Below, in pieces: positions 47,363-57,432 of a stretch of 64,000 nt of DNA (position 1 is the first letter of the stretch; the number at the start of each line of letters is the position of its first letter). Made by a program: the position numbers and the translations under genes. The notes under the pieces are model-generated. The model saw nothing but the letters and a program-made list of their open reading frames with translations, did no database searches and was not told the origin of the DNA. The stretch comes from Candidatus Latescibacterota bacterium (GTDB lineage Bacteria > Latescibacterota > UBA2968 > UBA8231): contig OZ242005.1 in NCBI GenBank assembly GCA_965204725.1, positions 1,952,001 to 2,016,000 of the forward strand, given 5' to 3'.

Positions 47363-49450
47363 ATGCCAATGCCTAAGTTGACGCGCTCCGCATTCGGGCG
47401 CGACCGCACCACCCGGCTCATCGTCGTCCTCGCCGGGCTGGGCACCGTCCACATCCTCGTCCGCACCGCCACCTACGGCGCCGCGGTCGGCACAGACTCC
47501 ACAACTTTCCTGTCCGTGGCCATGAACTTCCTCGCGGGAGAGGGCTGGCAGTCCTTCGGCGGCAACCCGCTGGTGGGGTGGCCGCCGCTCTTTCCCCTGC
47601 TGCTGGCGGCCGGCGGTTGGATCGGCGTCGAGCCGCTGGAGGCGGGTCGGTGGATCAACGCCATCGCCTTTGGGCTGATCATCCTCGTCGCCGGGTGCTG
47701 GCTGCGCTCGCATCTCCGGTCGCAGTGGCTGGTGCTGGCCGCCACCGTGGTCCTAATGGTCTCCCTGCCCTTGAGCCATTTCGCGTCCAGCTTCCTGACC
47801 GAGCCCCTCTTCTTCCTATTTACGCTCCTCGCCTTAATCAAGTTGGCGGCCTTCCTCCAGCACGGCGGGCGGACGCCCCTGCTGCTCAGTGCGATTTTCA
47901 CCGCGCTGGGCGCGCTGACCCGCTATGCGGGCGTGGTGCAGATCGGCGCGGGCGTCCTCATCCTGCTGCCCCTCGCCCGGCTGCGGCATACCCTCGTCTT
48001 TGGCGCGGTCTCGTCCCTGCCCTTGCTGGCGGTATTGGCGCACAACTGGGCCGTCGCCGGGACCCTGACCGGAAAGAGAAAAGGCTCAGGGCAGCCCCTA
48101 TCCGAGGGATTGAGCCAGACCGTCAATATATTCCGGGAATGGGCGGTTCCCCCCAACGTGCCAGACGGACTGGCCGATTATCTCCTGTGGATAACGACCG
48201 GGCTGGGCGCACCAGACTGGTTCGGTTCTTTTCTGTGGGTGGCGACCGGGTTGGTTGTTGTGGCGACCGGGGCGGTGGTCGTTGGGTCCGGTCGCGGCTT
48301 AGGCATGGGTGAGCATCGGACCGCGCCGGCGTATTCGTATTCCAGTCTAGGGCCGGCTCTGCTTTTCGGGGTGTTCGCCTTGATTTACATCATAGTTCTA
48401 GTCGTCGTCTTGCCATTCGTGATCCCGGTGGGAATCTACAGCCGCTACCTGCTGCCGGTGTACGCGCCGTTGCTGTTGGTCGCAACGTTCTTGTTGGACC
48501 GGTTCCTGTGCATCAAGGTTGCGGGCTGGGTAGCCGTGGCCAAGTGGTCTCTGGCGTCCTTCATCCTGCTGGGCGCTCTCGCCCACATCGGCCTCTCAGC
48601 ACACAGAAACCTCGGTCTTACCGCCCAAGCACGGGCCGCCGGGTACGAACAAGACTGGACGTACAACGTCGCCGAGTGGCAACATTCCGCGACCCTGAAT
48701 TACGTCAGGACCAACCTCCGCGATGGCAGGACGTACAGCAACAACCCGTTCCTTGTCTGGTTTGCCGATCGGACCGCGGCCATTAAAAAACATTGGGCAC
48801 TTCCCAGTGAGCTACGCGATTGGACGCAGTATGCGAGATGGTGGACCGAACGGGGCGAAGACCAAGCATATATCGTCTGGATCAAAGACGACTATCGATC
48901 CATTTATTACGACTACAACGACCTCGACCTCCGCTTTTTGCCCGGCGTCAAGGTGGTGACCGAGGCGTCCGATGGCGTGGTATTCCGCGTAACGGTCGCA
49001 GCCGCGGCCGAACCGTTCGATGAGGCCAAGCATCGCGCCCAGAAAGAACGCTACCAAGAACGCTATGTGCAGCAACTCGTCGAACAAGCGGGCGAGCGAG
49101 TGGCTCGCTCCGGCTGGGACGTGTACCTCAATGGGCGCAAGCTGACCTATTTCAAAAAGCCGTGCGCCCCTGCGGACGTGCAGGCGAAGTTCGTTTTGCA
49201 CGTCGTTCCGGCCGACCCAGCCGACCTTTCTATCTCCCGCCAGCGGCACGGCTTTGACAACCTCGGCTTCCATTTCGACCGGCGCGGTTTCCGGCTCGAC
49301 GACCAGAGTATAACGACCGTCCGGGCCGGCGATCAGTGCATCGCTATCGTCCAACTCCCCGCCTACGCCATCGGCCGCATCCAGACCGGCCAATGGATTT
49401 CCGCAGACAACCGCACCCTCTGGGAAGCGAAGTTTTCCCCGAGCCGGTGA
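47363..49450 (+). CDS. array gene 5: GT-C fold membrane glycosyltransferase-like, 1 repeat domain
   Basis: Same motifs; internal duplicated helix PDGLADYLLWITTGL/PDWFGSFLWVATGL. Confidence 0.78.
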   Translation: MPMPKLTRSAFGRDRTTRLIVVLAGLGTVHILVRTATYGAAVGTDSTTFLSVAMNFLAGEGWQSFGGNPLVGWPPLFPLLLAAGGWIGVEPLEAGRWINAIAFGLIILVAGCWLRSHLRSQWLVLAATVVLMVSLPLSHFASSFLTEPLFFLFTLLALIKLAAFLQHGGRTPLLLSAIFTALGALTRYAGVVQIGAGVLILLPLARLRHTLVFGAVSSLPLLAVLAHNWAVAGTLTGKRKGSGQPLSEGLSQTVNIFREWAVPPNVPDGLADYLLWITTGLGAPDWFGSFLWVATGLVVVATGAVVVGSGRGLGMGEHRTAPAYSYSSLGPALLFGVFALIYIIVLVVVLPFVIPVGIYSRYLLPVYAPLLLVATFLLDRFLCIKVAGWVAVAKWSLASFILLGALAHIGLSAHRNLGLTAQARAAGYEQDWTYNVAEWQHSATLNYVRTNLRDGRTYSNNPFLVWFADRTAAIKKHWALPSELRDWTQYARWWTERGEDQAYIVWIKDDYRSIYYDYNDLDLRFLPGVKVVTEASDGVVFRVTVAAAAEPFDEAKHRAQKERYQERYVQQLVEQAGERVARSGWDVYLNGRKLTYFKKPCAPADVQAKFVLHVVPADPADLSISRQRHGFDNLGFHFDRRGFRLDDQSITTVRAGDQCIAIVQLPAYAIGRIQTGQWISADNRTLWEAKFSPSR

Positions 49451-49478
49451 TGCAGGGCACCCGATATTACGCGATGCC

Positions 49479-50450
49479 CTACTCGGCTCGGTCTAACAGG
49501 AGCCTAAAGGCTTCGAGGCTGGGCACCTGTATGGCCGCCCGATGCAACTGCTTGAGACGCGGCACATCGTCGGTGGCCTCAATGCGGGCGGCCAACGGAT
49601 CCGACGCAGCTAGCCCAAAGCGAACCTCGAGCACCTCGAGCAGAGCTTCAATGGTGCGTTCTCGGCCGCCTTGCTCAATGCCCTGCTCAATGCCCTGCTC
49701 GATGCCCTGCTCAATGCCCTGCTCAATGCCCTGCTCGATGCCCTGCTCGATGCCCTGCTTAATGCCCTGCTTAATCCCCTTTTCCGTGAAATACTGCGCT
49801 ACCGACGACTCGTACATGGTCTCCTCCTCGATGATGGTCATGATCGTCTCTAAGTTATACACCAGCCCGCTCAACATCGCAAGATCGGCCAGATAATTGG
49901 CTTTGACGCCCTCGTCCATCGGCACCTGTTGCGCCCGGTTGACACACTGGCGCAACCACCCCTCGGCATCTACTCCCACCGGCGGCTGCATCAGCGGCGC
50001 GAACGGCAGCAAGCCGGAAGGTCCCGCGGCGAGGATGCGTTGGCCGTCTATCTCAATCAGCCGAATGACCTTGTATTGCACTAAGACGCGGTAGCCGGAA
50101 CGCTCTTGGACGTAGTAGCCCGGATCATTTCGGCCAGCGTCTGGGCGCAAATAGATTACGTTGGAATAGATGGGTCGGTTGTGCTGTTCAATGCCGCGTC
50201 CGATATAGCCGATCATGCGGCGCGGCATGGGCGGTTTGCTGTCGGTGGTTTGGAACTCGTGGTGGACCAGCACCTCCTCGCCGCCGACGTGGACGCGAAT
50301 GAGGCTATCGGTGCGGTGGGTTTCGGCGGTGGGCTGCTCGGTATCGACGACGCCGAGGACTTGGACGTCGTCTTGTTGGAGGGCGAAGCGGGCGAAGTCG
50401 GCGGGGTAGGTGTGGATGAGGTGTTTGGCGATGGAATCGAATTCGGCCAT
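49479..50450 (-). CDS. Rpn family recombination-promoting nuclease/putative transposase, copy 1
   Basis: FDSIAKHL, RTDSL, HHEFQT, MPRRM, GLLPFAPL, [KE]QGI repeats, LEVRFG C-terminal domain. Confidence 0.85.
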   Translation of the reverse strand: MAEFDSIAKHLIHTYPADFARFALQQDDVQVLGVVDTEQPTAETHRTDSLIRVHVGGEEVLVHHEFQTTDSKPPMPRRMIGYIGRGIEQHNRPIYSNVIYLRPDAGRNDPGYYVQERSGYRVLVQYKVIRLIEIDGQRILAAGPSGLLPFAPLMQPPVGVDAEGWLRQCVNRAQQVPMDEGVKANYLADLAMLSGLVYNLETIMTIIEEETMYESSVAQYFTEKGIKQGIKQGIEQGIEQGIEQGIEQGIEQGIEQGIEQGGRERTIEALLEVLEVRFGLAASDPLAARIEATDDVPRLKQLHRAAIQVPSLEAFRLLLDRAE

Positions 50451-50597
50451 GGGTCTTGCCTTGGGTTGCGGGTGGGATGGGGTGGTATTCGCAATAGGCA
50501 AGAATCGTGCCACGGCGGCGGCTCATAGGGGCGGGCTGGGGATCGGCGGCGTGGGTGTGTAGCGAAAAGGGGACAGGCGTGGGACGTTGGGGGAAAA

Positions 50598-50704
50598 GTT
50601 TGACTGACTTGCCCACTCGCGTGGGGCAAGATAAAAACAAGGCCCTAGAGGGATTTACCAAAAAATACCGCGTACATACATTTGGTTTATGTTGAACAAT
50701 ATGA
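50598..50704 (+). pseudogene. GIY-YIG (YhbQ/UPF0213-like) nuclease remnant
   Basis: TDLPTRVGQDKNKALEGFTKKYRVHT, then after a frameshift VYVEQYE. Confidence 0.65.
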
Positions 50705-52720
50705 ATGCCAATGTCTGAGTTGAAGCACTCCGTTATCGAGCGGATCGCCCAGTTCGAGCGCGACCACTGCGCGCTGCTCATCGCCTGCATCGCCGGGCTG
50801 GGCACCGCCCACATCCTCGCCCGTACCTCCACCTACGGCGCGGCCATCGGCACGGACTCCGTAGCGTTCCTTTCTACGGCCATGAACTTCCTCGCCGGAG
50901 AGGGCTGGCGATCCTTCGCGGGCTGGCCGCCGGTGGGCTGGCCGCCCTTGTTCCCCCTGCTGCTGACGGCCTTCGGTTGGGGCGGCATCGATCTACTGGA
51001 GGCGGGTCGGTGGATCAACGCTGCGGCCTTTGGGCTGACCATCCTCGCCGCCGGGCGCTATCTGCGCTCGAATGTTAGGTCGCAGTGGCTGGCGCTGGCG
51101 GCCACCGCGATCATCGCGGCCTCCCTGCACCTGAGCGATTGGGCGGCCAATTATACAACCGAGCCGCTCTTCGTCCTGTTGACGCTCCTCGCCTTGATCC
51201 AACTGGCGGCCTTCCGCGACCGGCGGACGACCGCGCCCCTGTGGTGGGCAGCGGTTTTCACCGCGCTGGCCGCGCTGACCCGCTATCCGGGCGTGGCCCT
51301 GATCGGCACTGGTGTCCTCATCCTGCTGCCCCTCGCCCGGCTGAGGCACACCCTCGCCTTTGGCGCGATCTCGTCCGTGCCCTTGCTGGCGGTGTTGGCG
51401 TTCAATTGGACGACCTCCAAGACCCTGACCGGGGGAAGACTAACGACCTCGGGACAATCCCTCTCCGTTGGGCTGAGCCAGACCGGCGCGGTGTTCCACG
51501 AGTGGGTCGTCCCCCCCAACGCGCCGAATGGGGCCGCGTATCTGCTGTGGCTGGCGGTCGGGCTGGTCGTCCTCGCCGGCGTCGCGGCGGTCGTCCTGCG
51601 TGGTCGCCAGCCGGACCCAGAGGCCGCGCCGTCGTCCCTCGGGTTGAGGCCAGTGCTCCCTTTCGGGGGGTTCGCCGTACTCTACCTCGTATTCATCGTC
51701 GCCGTCGTGCCCCTCACGGTCGATCAGGGCATCGACAGCCGCTACCTACTGCCGATATACGTGCCGCTGCTGTTGACGGCGGCGTTGCTGCTCGATCGGT
51801 TCCTGTCCATCGCCACGGCGGGCCGGATGATGGCCGTCCGCTACGGGCTGGTGTCCCTCGTCGTGCTCGCCACCCTCACCCACGTCGGCTGCTCGGCCCT
51901 AAAAAACCTTAGTCTTACTGCCCGAGCCTATACCGCTGGGTATCCGGCCCAAGCGTACAACGCCGCCCATTGGCGACACTCAGAGACCGTGAAGTACCTC
52001 CAGTACCACCATCTTGAAGGCAAAATTTACAGCAACCACAAAGCACTCGCTTGGTTTGCGGACCGGACTGTCGCCCCGGGAAAGCACCAACCGCTCCCGG
52101 GCGAGATAGTGTACGTCGATAACGAGGCCGGCGCACATATCGTTTGGTTCTGGGAGTTCTACTATCGAGATAGGTACGACTACGACATCATGGACCTCCA
52201 CGTTCTGCCCGGCTTGGAAACCGTGGCCGAGCTATCCGACGGCGTGGTATTCCGCATAACGGACGCCGCGGCGGCCGAACGGTTCGACGCGAAAAGGCAG
52301 CGCGCCCGGAAGGAACGCTACCAAGAACGCTACGTGCAGCAACTCCTCGAACAGAGCAGCGAGCGGGTGGTCCACTCCGACTGGGACGTGTACCGCACAG
52401 GACGCAAGCTGACGTACCTCAAAAAGCCCTGCGCCCCCGCGGACACGCAGGCCAAGTTCATTTTGCACGTCACCCCGGTCGATCCAATCGACCTGCCAGC
52501 CCACCGCAAGCGGCACGGCTTTGACAGCCTCGGCTTCTATTTCGACCAGCGCGGCTTCCGGCTCGGCTACGAGGGCATAAAAACGACCAACCAAGGCGAC
52601 CACCTGTGCATAGTGGCCGTCCAGCTCCCCGACTACGCCATCGGCCGCATCCGGGTCGGCCAATGGATTGCCGCCGGGAACCGCACCCTCTGGGAAGCAG
52701 AGTTTGTGCCGGGCCGGTGA
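50705..52720 (+). CDS. array gene 6: GT-C fold membrane glycosyltransferase-like, 1 repeat domain
   Basis: Same motifs. Confidence 0.78.
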   Translation: MPMSELKHSVIERIAQFERDHCALLIACIAGLGTAHILARTSTYGAAIGTDSVAFLSTAMNFLAGEGWRSFAGWPPVGWPPLFPLLLTAFGWGGIDLLEAGRWINAAAFGLTILAAGRYLRSNVRSQWLALAATAIIAASLHLSDWAANYTTEPLFVLLTLLALIQLAAFRDRRTTAPLWWAAVFTALAALTRYPGVALIGTGVLILLPLARLRHTLAFGAISSVPLLAVLAFNWTTSKTLTGGRLTTSGQSLSVGLSQTGAVFHEWVVPPNAPNGAAYLLWLAVGLVVLAGVAAVVLRGRQPDPEAAPSSLGLRPVLPFGGFAVLYLVFIVAVVPLTVDQGIDSRYLLPIYVPLLLTAALLLDRFLSIATAGRMMAVRYGLVSLVVLATLTHVGCSALKNLSLTARAYTAGYPAQAYNAAHWRHSETVKYLQYHHLEGKIYSNHKALAWFADRTVAPGKHQPLPGEIVYVDNEAGAHIVWFWEFYYRDRYDYDIMDLHVLPGLETVAELSDGVVFRITDAAAAERFDAKRQRARKERYQERYVQQLLEQSSERVVHSDWDVYRTGRKLTYLKKPCAPADTQAKFILHVTPVDPIDLPAHRKRHGFDSLGFYFDQRGFRLGYEGIKTTNQGDHLCIVAVQLPDYAIGRIRVGQWIAAGNRTLWEAEFVPGR

Positions 52721-52756
52721 ATTTGACCTCAACCTAGGACTGCTATCAATGGATAA

Positions 52757-54829
52757 ATGCCAATGCCTGAGTTGATGCGCTCCGCGATCGAGAAGATCGC
52801 CCGGTTCGGGCGCGACCACTGCACGCTGCTCATCGTCTGCATCGCCGGGCTGGGCACCATGCACATCCTCGCCCGCACCGCCACCGAAGGCGCGGTGATT
52901 GAGGGGGGCGCTGTATATCTCCTTTCTACGGCTAGCAACTTCCTTGCTGGCGAGGGCTGGCGGGATTTCTCGGGCGCACCGCTGACAGGATGGCCGCCCT
53001 TGTTCCCCCTGCTGCTGGCGGCGCTCGATGGGATCGGCATCGATCCAGTGGCGGGAGGTCGGTGGGTCCATGCCGCCATCTTCGGGTGGATCATCTGGGC
53101 GGCCGGCCTGTATCTACACTCGCATCTCCGGTCGCGGCTGTTGGTGCTGACCGCCACCGCGATCATCGCGGCCTCCCTGCCCCTAGCTCATTTCGCGTCC
53201 CACCTCGAGACTGAGCCGCTCTTCGTCCTGTTGACGCTCCTCGCCTTGATCCAGTTGGCGTCCTTTCTCAACCGCGGCGCGAGGACGTCCCTGTGGTGGG
53301 CGGCGGTTTGCACCGCCTTGGCCGCGCTGACCCGCTATCCGGGCGTGGTCCTGATCGGCACCGGCGTCCTGTTGCTGCTGGGGCGGCGCACCCCGCCGCT
53401 GACCGCCCGGTTGAAAGACGCCATTGTATTCGGTACGGTCTCATCCATTCCCCTCGCCGGGGTGCTGATGCACAACCGAGCAGTCTCCGGGACCCTGACC
53501 GGGCCGAGTTTCGGCTCGGGGCAGTCCCTATCCGATGGACTGAGCCAGATCGTCGAGGTGTTCGGCGAGTGGGTCGTCCCTCCCAACACGCCGGATGGGG
53601 TCGCGTATCTGCTGTGGCTGGCGGTCGGGTTGGTTGGGCTGGCTGGCGCAGCGGTCGTCCTTGGCGTCCCCCGAATGCCAAGCAACAGCCATAAGCAGGA
53701 CCCAGAGGCCGCGCCGCCATCCGTAGGGTTGGGGCCGGCACTCCCTTTCGGGGGGTTCGCCCTAGCGTACCTCGTACTCATGATCGCGGTCGTGCCCTTC
53801 GCGGTTGGTCAGGCCATCGACAGCCGCTACCTGCTGCCGATATACGTGCCGCTGGTGTTGGCGGCGGGGTTGCTGCTCGATCGGTTCCTGTCCATTGAGG
53901 CGACGGGTCGGATGGGGGCCATCCGCTACGGTCTGGCGTCCCTCGTCTTGCTGGGAGCCTGCGCCCACATCGGCTTCTCGGTAGATAGGAATCTCCATAT
54001 TACTCGCCAAGCACGGACACCCGGGAACAAACCATGGATGATCAATAGCAGATCCTGGGAAAAGTCCGAGATCCTGCATTACATTCGGAACAACCCCATC
54101 AATGGCAGGATTTACAGCGATAACGCCTACCTTGCTTGGTTCTGGAGTCGGACCGCGGCTCCAAGAGAGCACCATTTTCTCCGGGCCGAGCTTCACAATT
54201 TTACGGCGGCCATAATGCGGTGGACAGACGGCGATGGCGGATATGTCTTATGGTTCCGAAGATGGAAGCCTGCTTATGACTTCGACGAACTCGACATCCG
54301 GGTCCTGCCCGGGGTGGAAACCGTGGCCGAGCTATCCGACGGCGTGGTATTCCGCGTAACGGCGACCGAACCATTCGATGCAAAAAGGCATCACACCCGA
54401 AAACAACGCTACGTACAGCAACGCATCGAACGGGCCGGCGAGTTGGTGATCCGCGCCGACTCGACTTGGCCGATCAGCGCAGAACGGGCCGACGAGCAGG
54501 TGGCCCGCGCTGGCTGGGACGTGTACCGCAACGGACGCAAGCTGACCTACCACAAACAGCCGTGTACCCCTGACGACGGGCAGACGATATTCCTCTTGCA
54601 AGTCAGCCCTAACGACCCGGCCGACCTGTCAGCCGACCGCAGGCCGTACGGCTTTGACAACCTCGACTTCAATTTCCACACCCGCGGCGGCGTACGGGTC
54701 GACGACCAGTGCGTGGTGACCGCCCAACTCCCCGACTACCCCATCAGCCGCATCTATATCGGCCGGTGGATGGCCGACGGGAACCGCATCCTCTGGGAAA
54801 TGAAGGCCAAACCGCTAGGCTCTAAATGA
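52757..54829 (+). CDS. array gene 7: GT-C fold membrane glycosyltransferase-like, 1 repeat domain
   Basis: Same motifs; loop Asp replaced (IEGGAVY); ends at the point where paralogs begin a second domain. Confidence 0.75.
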   Translation: MPMPELMRSAIEKIARFGRDHCTLLIVCIAGLGTMHILARTATEGAVIEGGAVYLLSTASNFLAGEGWRDFSGAPLTGWPPLFPLLLAALDGIGIDPVAGGRWVHAAIFGWIIWAAGLYLHSHLRSRLLVLTATAIIAASLPLAHFASHLETEPLFVLLTLLALIQLASFLNRGARTSLWWAAVCTALAALTRYPGVVLIGTGVLLLLGRRTPPLTARLKDAIVFGTVSSIPLAGVLMHNRAVSGTLTGPSFGSGQSLSDGLSQIVEVFGEWVVPPNTPDGVAYLLWLAVGLVGLAGAAVVLGVPRMPSNSHKQDPEAAPPSVGLGPALPFGGFALAYLVLMIAVVPFAVGQAIDSRYLLPIYVPLVLAAGLLLDRFLSIEATGRMGAIRYGLASLVLLGACAHIGFSVDRNLHITRQARTPGNKPWMINSRSWEKSEILHYIRNNPINGRIYSDNAYLAWFWSRTAAPREHHFLRAELHNFTAAIMRWTDGDGGYVLWFRRWKPAYDFDELDIRVLPGVETVAELSDGVVFRVTATEPFDAKRHHTRKQRYVQQRIERAGELVIRADSTWPISAERADEQVARAGWDVYRNGRKLTYHKQPCTPDDGQTIFLLQVSPNDPADLSADRRPYGFDNLDFNFHTRGGVRVDDQCVVTAQLPDYPISRIYIGRWMADGNRILWEMKAKPLGSK

Positions 54830-54876
54830 CTCGAAAGCATGAAATGTTCATCGGCACCGTCTTTTTGCCTATAAGG

Positions 54877-54931
54877 CGTCCTTCCCGCGCACGAACGTCA
54901 CCCCGTGCCCCGACACGGGGCGGGAATCCAG
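54877..54931. repeat. GTCATTCCCGC-type REP with a nested hairpin insert
   Basis: CGTCCTTCCCGCGCA[CGAACGTCACCCCGTGCCCCGACACGGG]GCGGGAATCCAG. Confidence 0.65.
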
Positions 54932-54965
54932 TCTTGAAAGATGTAGGATTACTATATATGAATGA

Positions 54966-57425
54966 ATGCCAATGCCTGAGTTGATGCGCACCGCCATCGA
55001 GTGGTTCGCTCGGTGCTGGCGCACCCGCTTCCCCCTGCTCATCGTCGTCCTCGCCGGACTGGGCACCGCGCACATCCTCGTCCGCACCGCCACCGATGGC
55101 GCGGTGATCGACGGGGACTCTGTACGTTTCCTGTCCGTGGCTAGGAATTTCCTTGCGGGAGAAGGCTGGCGGGAGTACTCGGGCAAGCCGCTGACAGGAT
55201 GGCCGCCCTTGTTCCCCTTGCTGCTGGCGGCGCTCGATGGGATCGGCATCGATCCAGTGGAAGGAGGTCGGTGGGTCCACGCCGCCGCCTTTGGGTGGAT
55301 CATCTGGGCGGCCGGCCTGTATCTACACTCGCATCTCCGGTCGCGGCTGTTGGGGCTGGCCGCCACCGCCATCATCGCGGCCTCCCTGCCCTTGACCCAT
55401 TTCGTGGTGCGCTTCTTGACCGAGCCGCTCTTCGTCCTGTTGACGCTCCTCGCCTTGATCCAGTTAGCGGCTTTCCTCAACCGCGGCGCGAGGACGTCCC
55501 TGTGGGGGGCGGCGGTTCTCACGGCCTTGGCCGCGCTGACCCGCTATCCGGGCGTGGCTCTGATCGGCACCGGCGTCCTGCTGCTGCTGGGGCGGCGCAC
55601 CCCGCCGCTGGCCACCCGGTTAAAAGACGCCATCGCTTATGGGACCGTCTCATCCGTTCCCCTCGCCGGGGTGCTGATTCATAACTGGGCGGTCTCCGGG
55701 TCTCTGACCGGGCGGAAGGAAATGTCGGGGCAGTCCCTGTCCGATGGACTGAGCCAGATCGCCAATGTGTTCGGCGAGTGGGTCGTCCCCCCCAACGTGC
55801 CGGATGGGGTCGCGTATCTGCTGTGGCTAGTGGTCGGGTTGGTTGGGCTCGCAGCGGTCGTCCTTGGCGTCCTCCGAATGCGAAGTAACAGCCATAAGCC
55901 GGACCCAGAGGCCGCACCGCCATCCGTAGGGTTGGGGCCAGCGCTCCCCTTCGGGGGGTTCGCCCTAGCCTACCTCGTATTCATGATCGTCGTCGTGCCC
56001 TTCGCGGTTGGTCAGGCCATCGACAGCCGCTACCTGCTGCCGGTATATGTGCCGCTGCTGTTGGCGGCGGTGTTGCTGTTGGATCGGTTCCTGTCCATCG
56101 AGGCTACGGGTCGGATGGTCGCCATCCGCTCCGTTCTGACGTCCCTCGTCTTGTTGGGGGCCTGCGCCCACGTCGGCTTCTCGGTAGATAGGCATATCCA
56201 TATTACCCGCCAAGTATGGACAGCCGGGAACAAACCATGGATGATCAATAGCCGCTCTTGGGAAGAGTCCGATATCCTGCATTACATCCGGGACAATCCC
56301 ATCAATGGCAAGATTTTCAGTGATAAACCCTCCCTTGCTTGGTTTTGGAGCCGGACCGCGGCCCCGACAGAGCACCATCTTCTCCCAGCCGAGATCTACA
56401 TTCACAATTTTACGTCGGCCATAATGGGGTGGACAGAAGGCGATGGCGGACATGTCTTATGGTTCAGGAAATGGAAGCCTCTTTGCGACTTAGACGAACT
56501 CGACATCCGGGTCCTGCCCGGGATGGAACCCGTGGTCGAGCTATCCGATGGCGTGGTATTCCGCGTAACGGCGGCCGAACCGTTCGATGAGGACAAGCAT
56601 CACACCCGAAAACAACGCTATGTGCAGCAACTCATTGAACGAGCTGGCGAGTTGGTGATCCACGCCGACTCGACGTGGCCGATCAGCACTTGGGGCGTAG
56701 AACGGACCGACGAGCAGGTAGAACGAGCCGGCTGGGACGTGTACCACACAGGACGCAAGCTGACCTACCACAAAAAGCCGTGTACCCCCGCCGACGTGGA
56801 GACGAACTTCGTCTTACAAGTCAGCCCTAACGAACCGGCCTACCTGTCAGCCGACCGCAGGCAGTACGGCTTTGACCACCTCGACTTCAATTTTCGCATC
56901 CACGGCGGCGTCCGGCTCAACGACCAATGTGTGGTGACCGCCCAACTCCCCGACTACCCCATCAGCCGCCTCTATATCGGCCGGTGGATGGCCGGCAACG
57001 ACCGCATGCTCTGGGAAATGAAGGCCGAATCGTTCAAGTCGGAAAGGCACCCCGCCCAGAGACAACGCTACGCAGAGCAACTCATCGCACAGGCTGACGA
57101 GCAGATCGCTCGCGCCGGCTGGGACATGTACCGCACCGGACGCAAGCTGATTTACCGCAAACAGCCCTGCGGCCCCGCCGACGTGCAGGCCAAGTTCATT
57201 TTGCACGTCACCCCGGCCGACCCCAATGAACTGCCGGCCGACCGCCAGCGGCACGGCTTTGAAAGCCTCGGCTTCCATTTTGACCAGCGCGGCTTCCAAC
57301 TCGACGACCAGTGCATCGCGATCGCCCAACTCCCCGACTACGCCATCGATCGCATCCGGGTCGGCCAGTGGATTGCCGACGGGAACCGCACCCTCTGGGA
57401 AGCGGAGCTTTCGGCCAGCCGGTGA
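54966..57425 (+). CDS. array gene 8: GT-C fold membrane glycosyltransferase-like, 2 repeat domains
   Basis: Same motifs. Confidence 0.78.
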   Translation: MPMPELMRTAIEWFARCWRTRFPLLIVVLAGLGTAHILVRTATDGAVIDGDSVRFLSVARNFLAGEGWREYSGKPLTGWPPLFPLLLAALDGIGIDPVEGGRWVHAAAFGWIIWAAGLYLHSHLRSRLLGLAATAIIAASLPLTHFVVRFLTEPLFVLLTLLALIQLAAFLNRGARTSLWGAAVLTALAALTRYPGVALIGTGVLLLLGRRTPPLATRLKDAIAYGTVSSVPLAGVLIHNWAVSGSLTGRKEMSGQSLSDGLSQIANVFGEWVVPPNVPDGVAYLLWLVVGLVGLAAVVLGVLRMRSNSHKPDPEAAPPSVGLGPALPFGGFALAYLVFMIVVVPFAVGQAIDSRYLLPVYVPLLLAAVLLLDRFLSIEATGRMVAIRSVLTSLVLLGACAHVGFSVDRHIHITRQVWTAGNKPWMINSRSWEESDILHYIRDNPINGKIFSDKPSLAWFWSRTAAPTEHHLLPAEIYIHNFTSAIMGWTEGDGGHVLWFRKWKPLCDLDELDIRVLPGMEPVVELSDGVVFRVTAAEPFDEDKHHTRKQRYVQQLIERAGELVIHADSTWPISTWGVERTDEQVERAGWDVYHTGRKLTYHKKPCTPADVETNFVLQVSPNEPAYLSADRRQYGFDHLDFNFRIHGGVRLNDQCVVTAQLPDYPISRLYIGRWMAGNDRMLWEMKAESFKSERHPAQRQRYAEQLIAQADEQIARAGWDMYRTGRKLIYRKQPCGPADVQAKFILHVTPADPNELPADRQRHGFESLGFHFDQRGFQLDDQCIAIAQLPDYAIDRIRVGQWIADGNRTLWEAELSASR

Positions 57426-57432
57426 TATACCA

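Noticed and set aside
49336-49896. Plus-strand ORFs with (MPCS)n repeats (also 59922-60263, 61080-61502)
   Set aside because: Antisense shadows of the Rpn EQGI VNTR; no SD or independent coding signal
57226-57432. N-terminal extension or fusion of gene 9 overlapping gene 8
   Set aside because: Out-of-frame overlap with the gene 8 3' end; paralog alignment places the start at the MPEL leader
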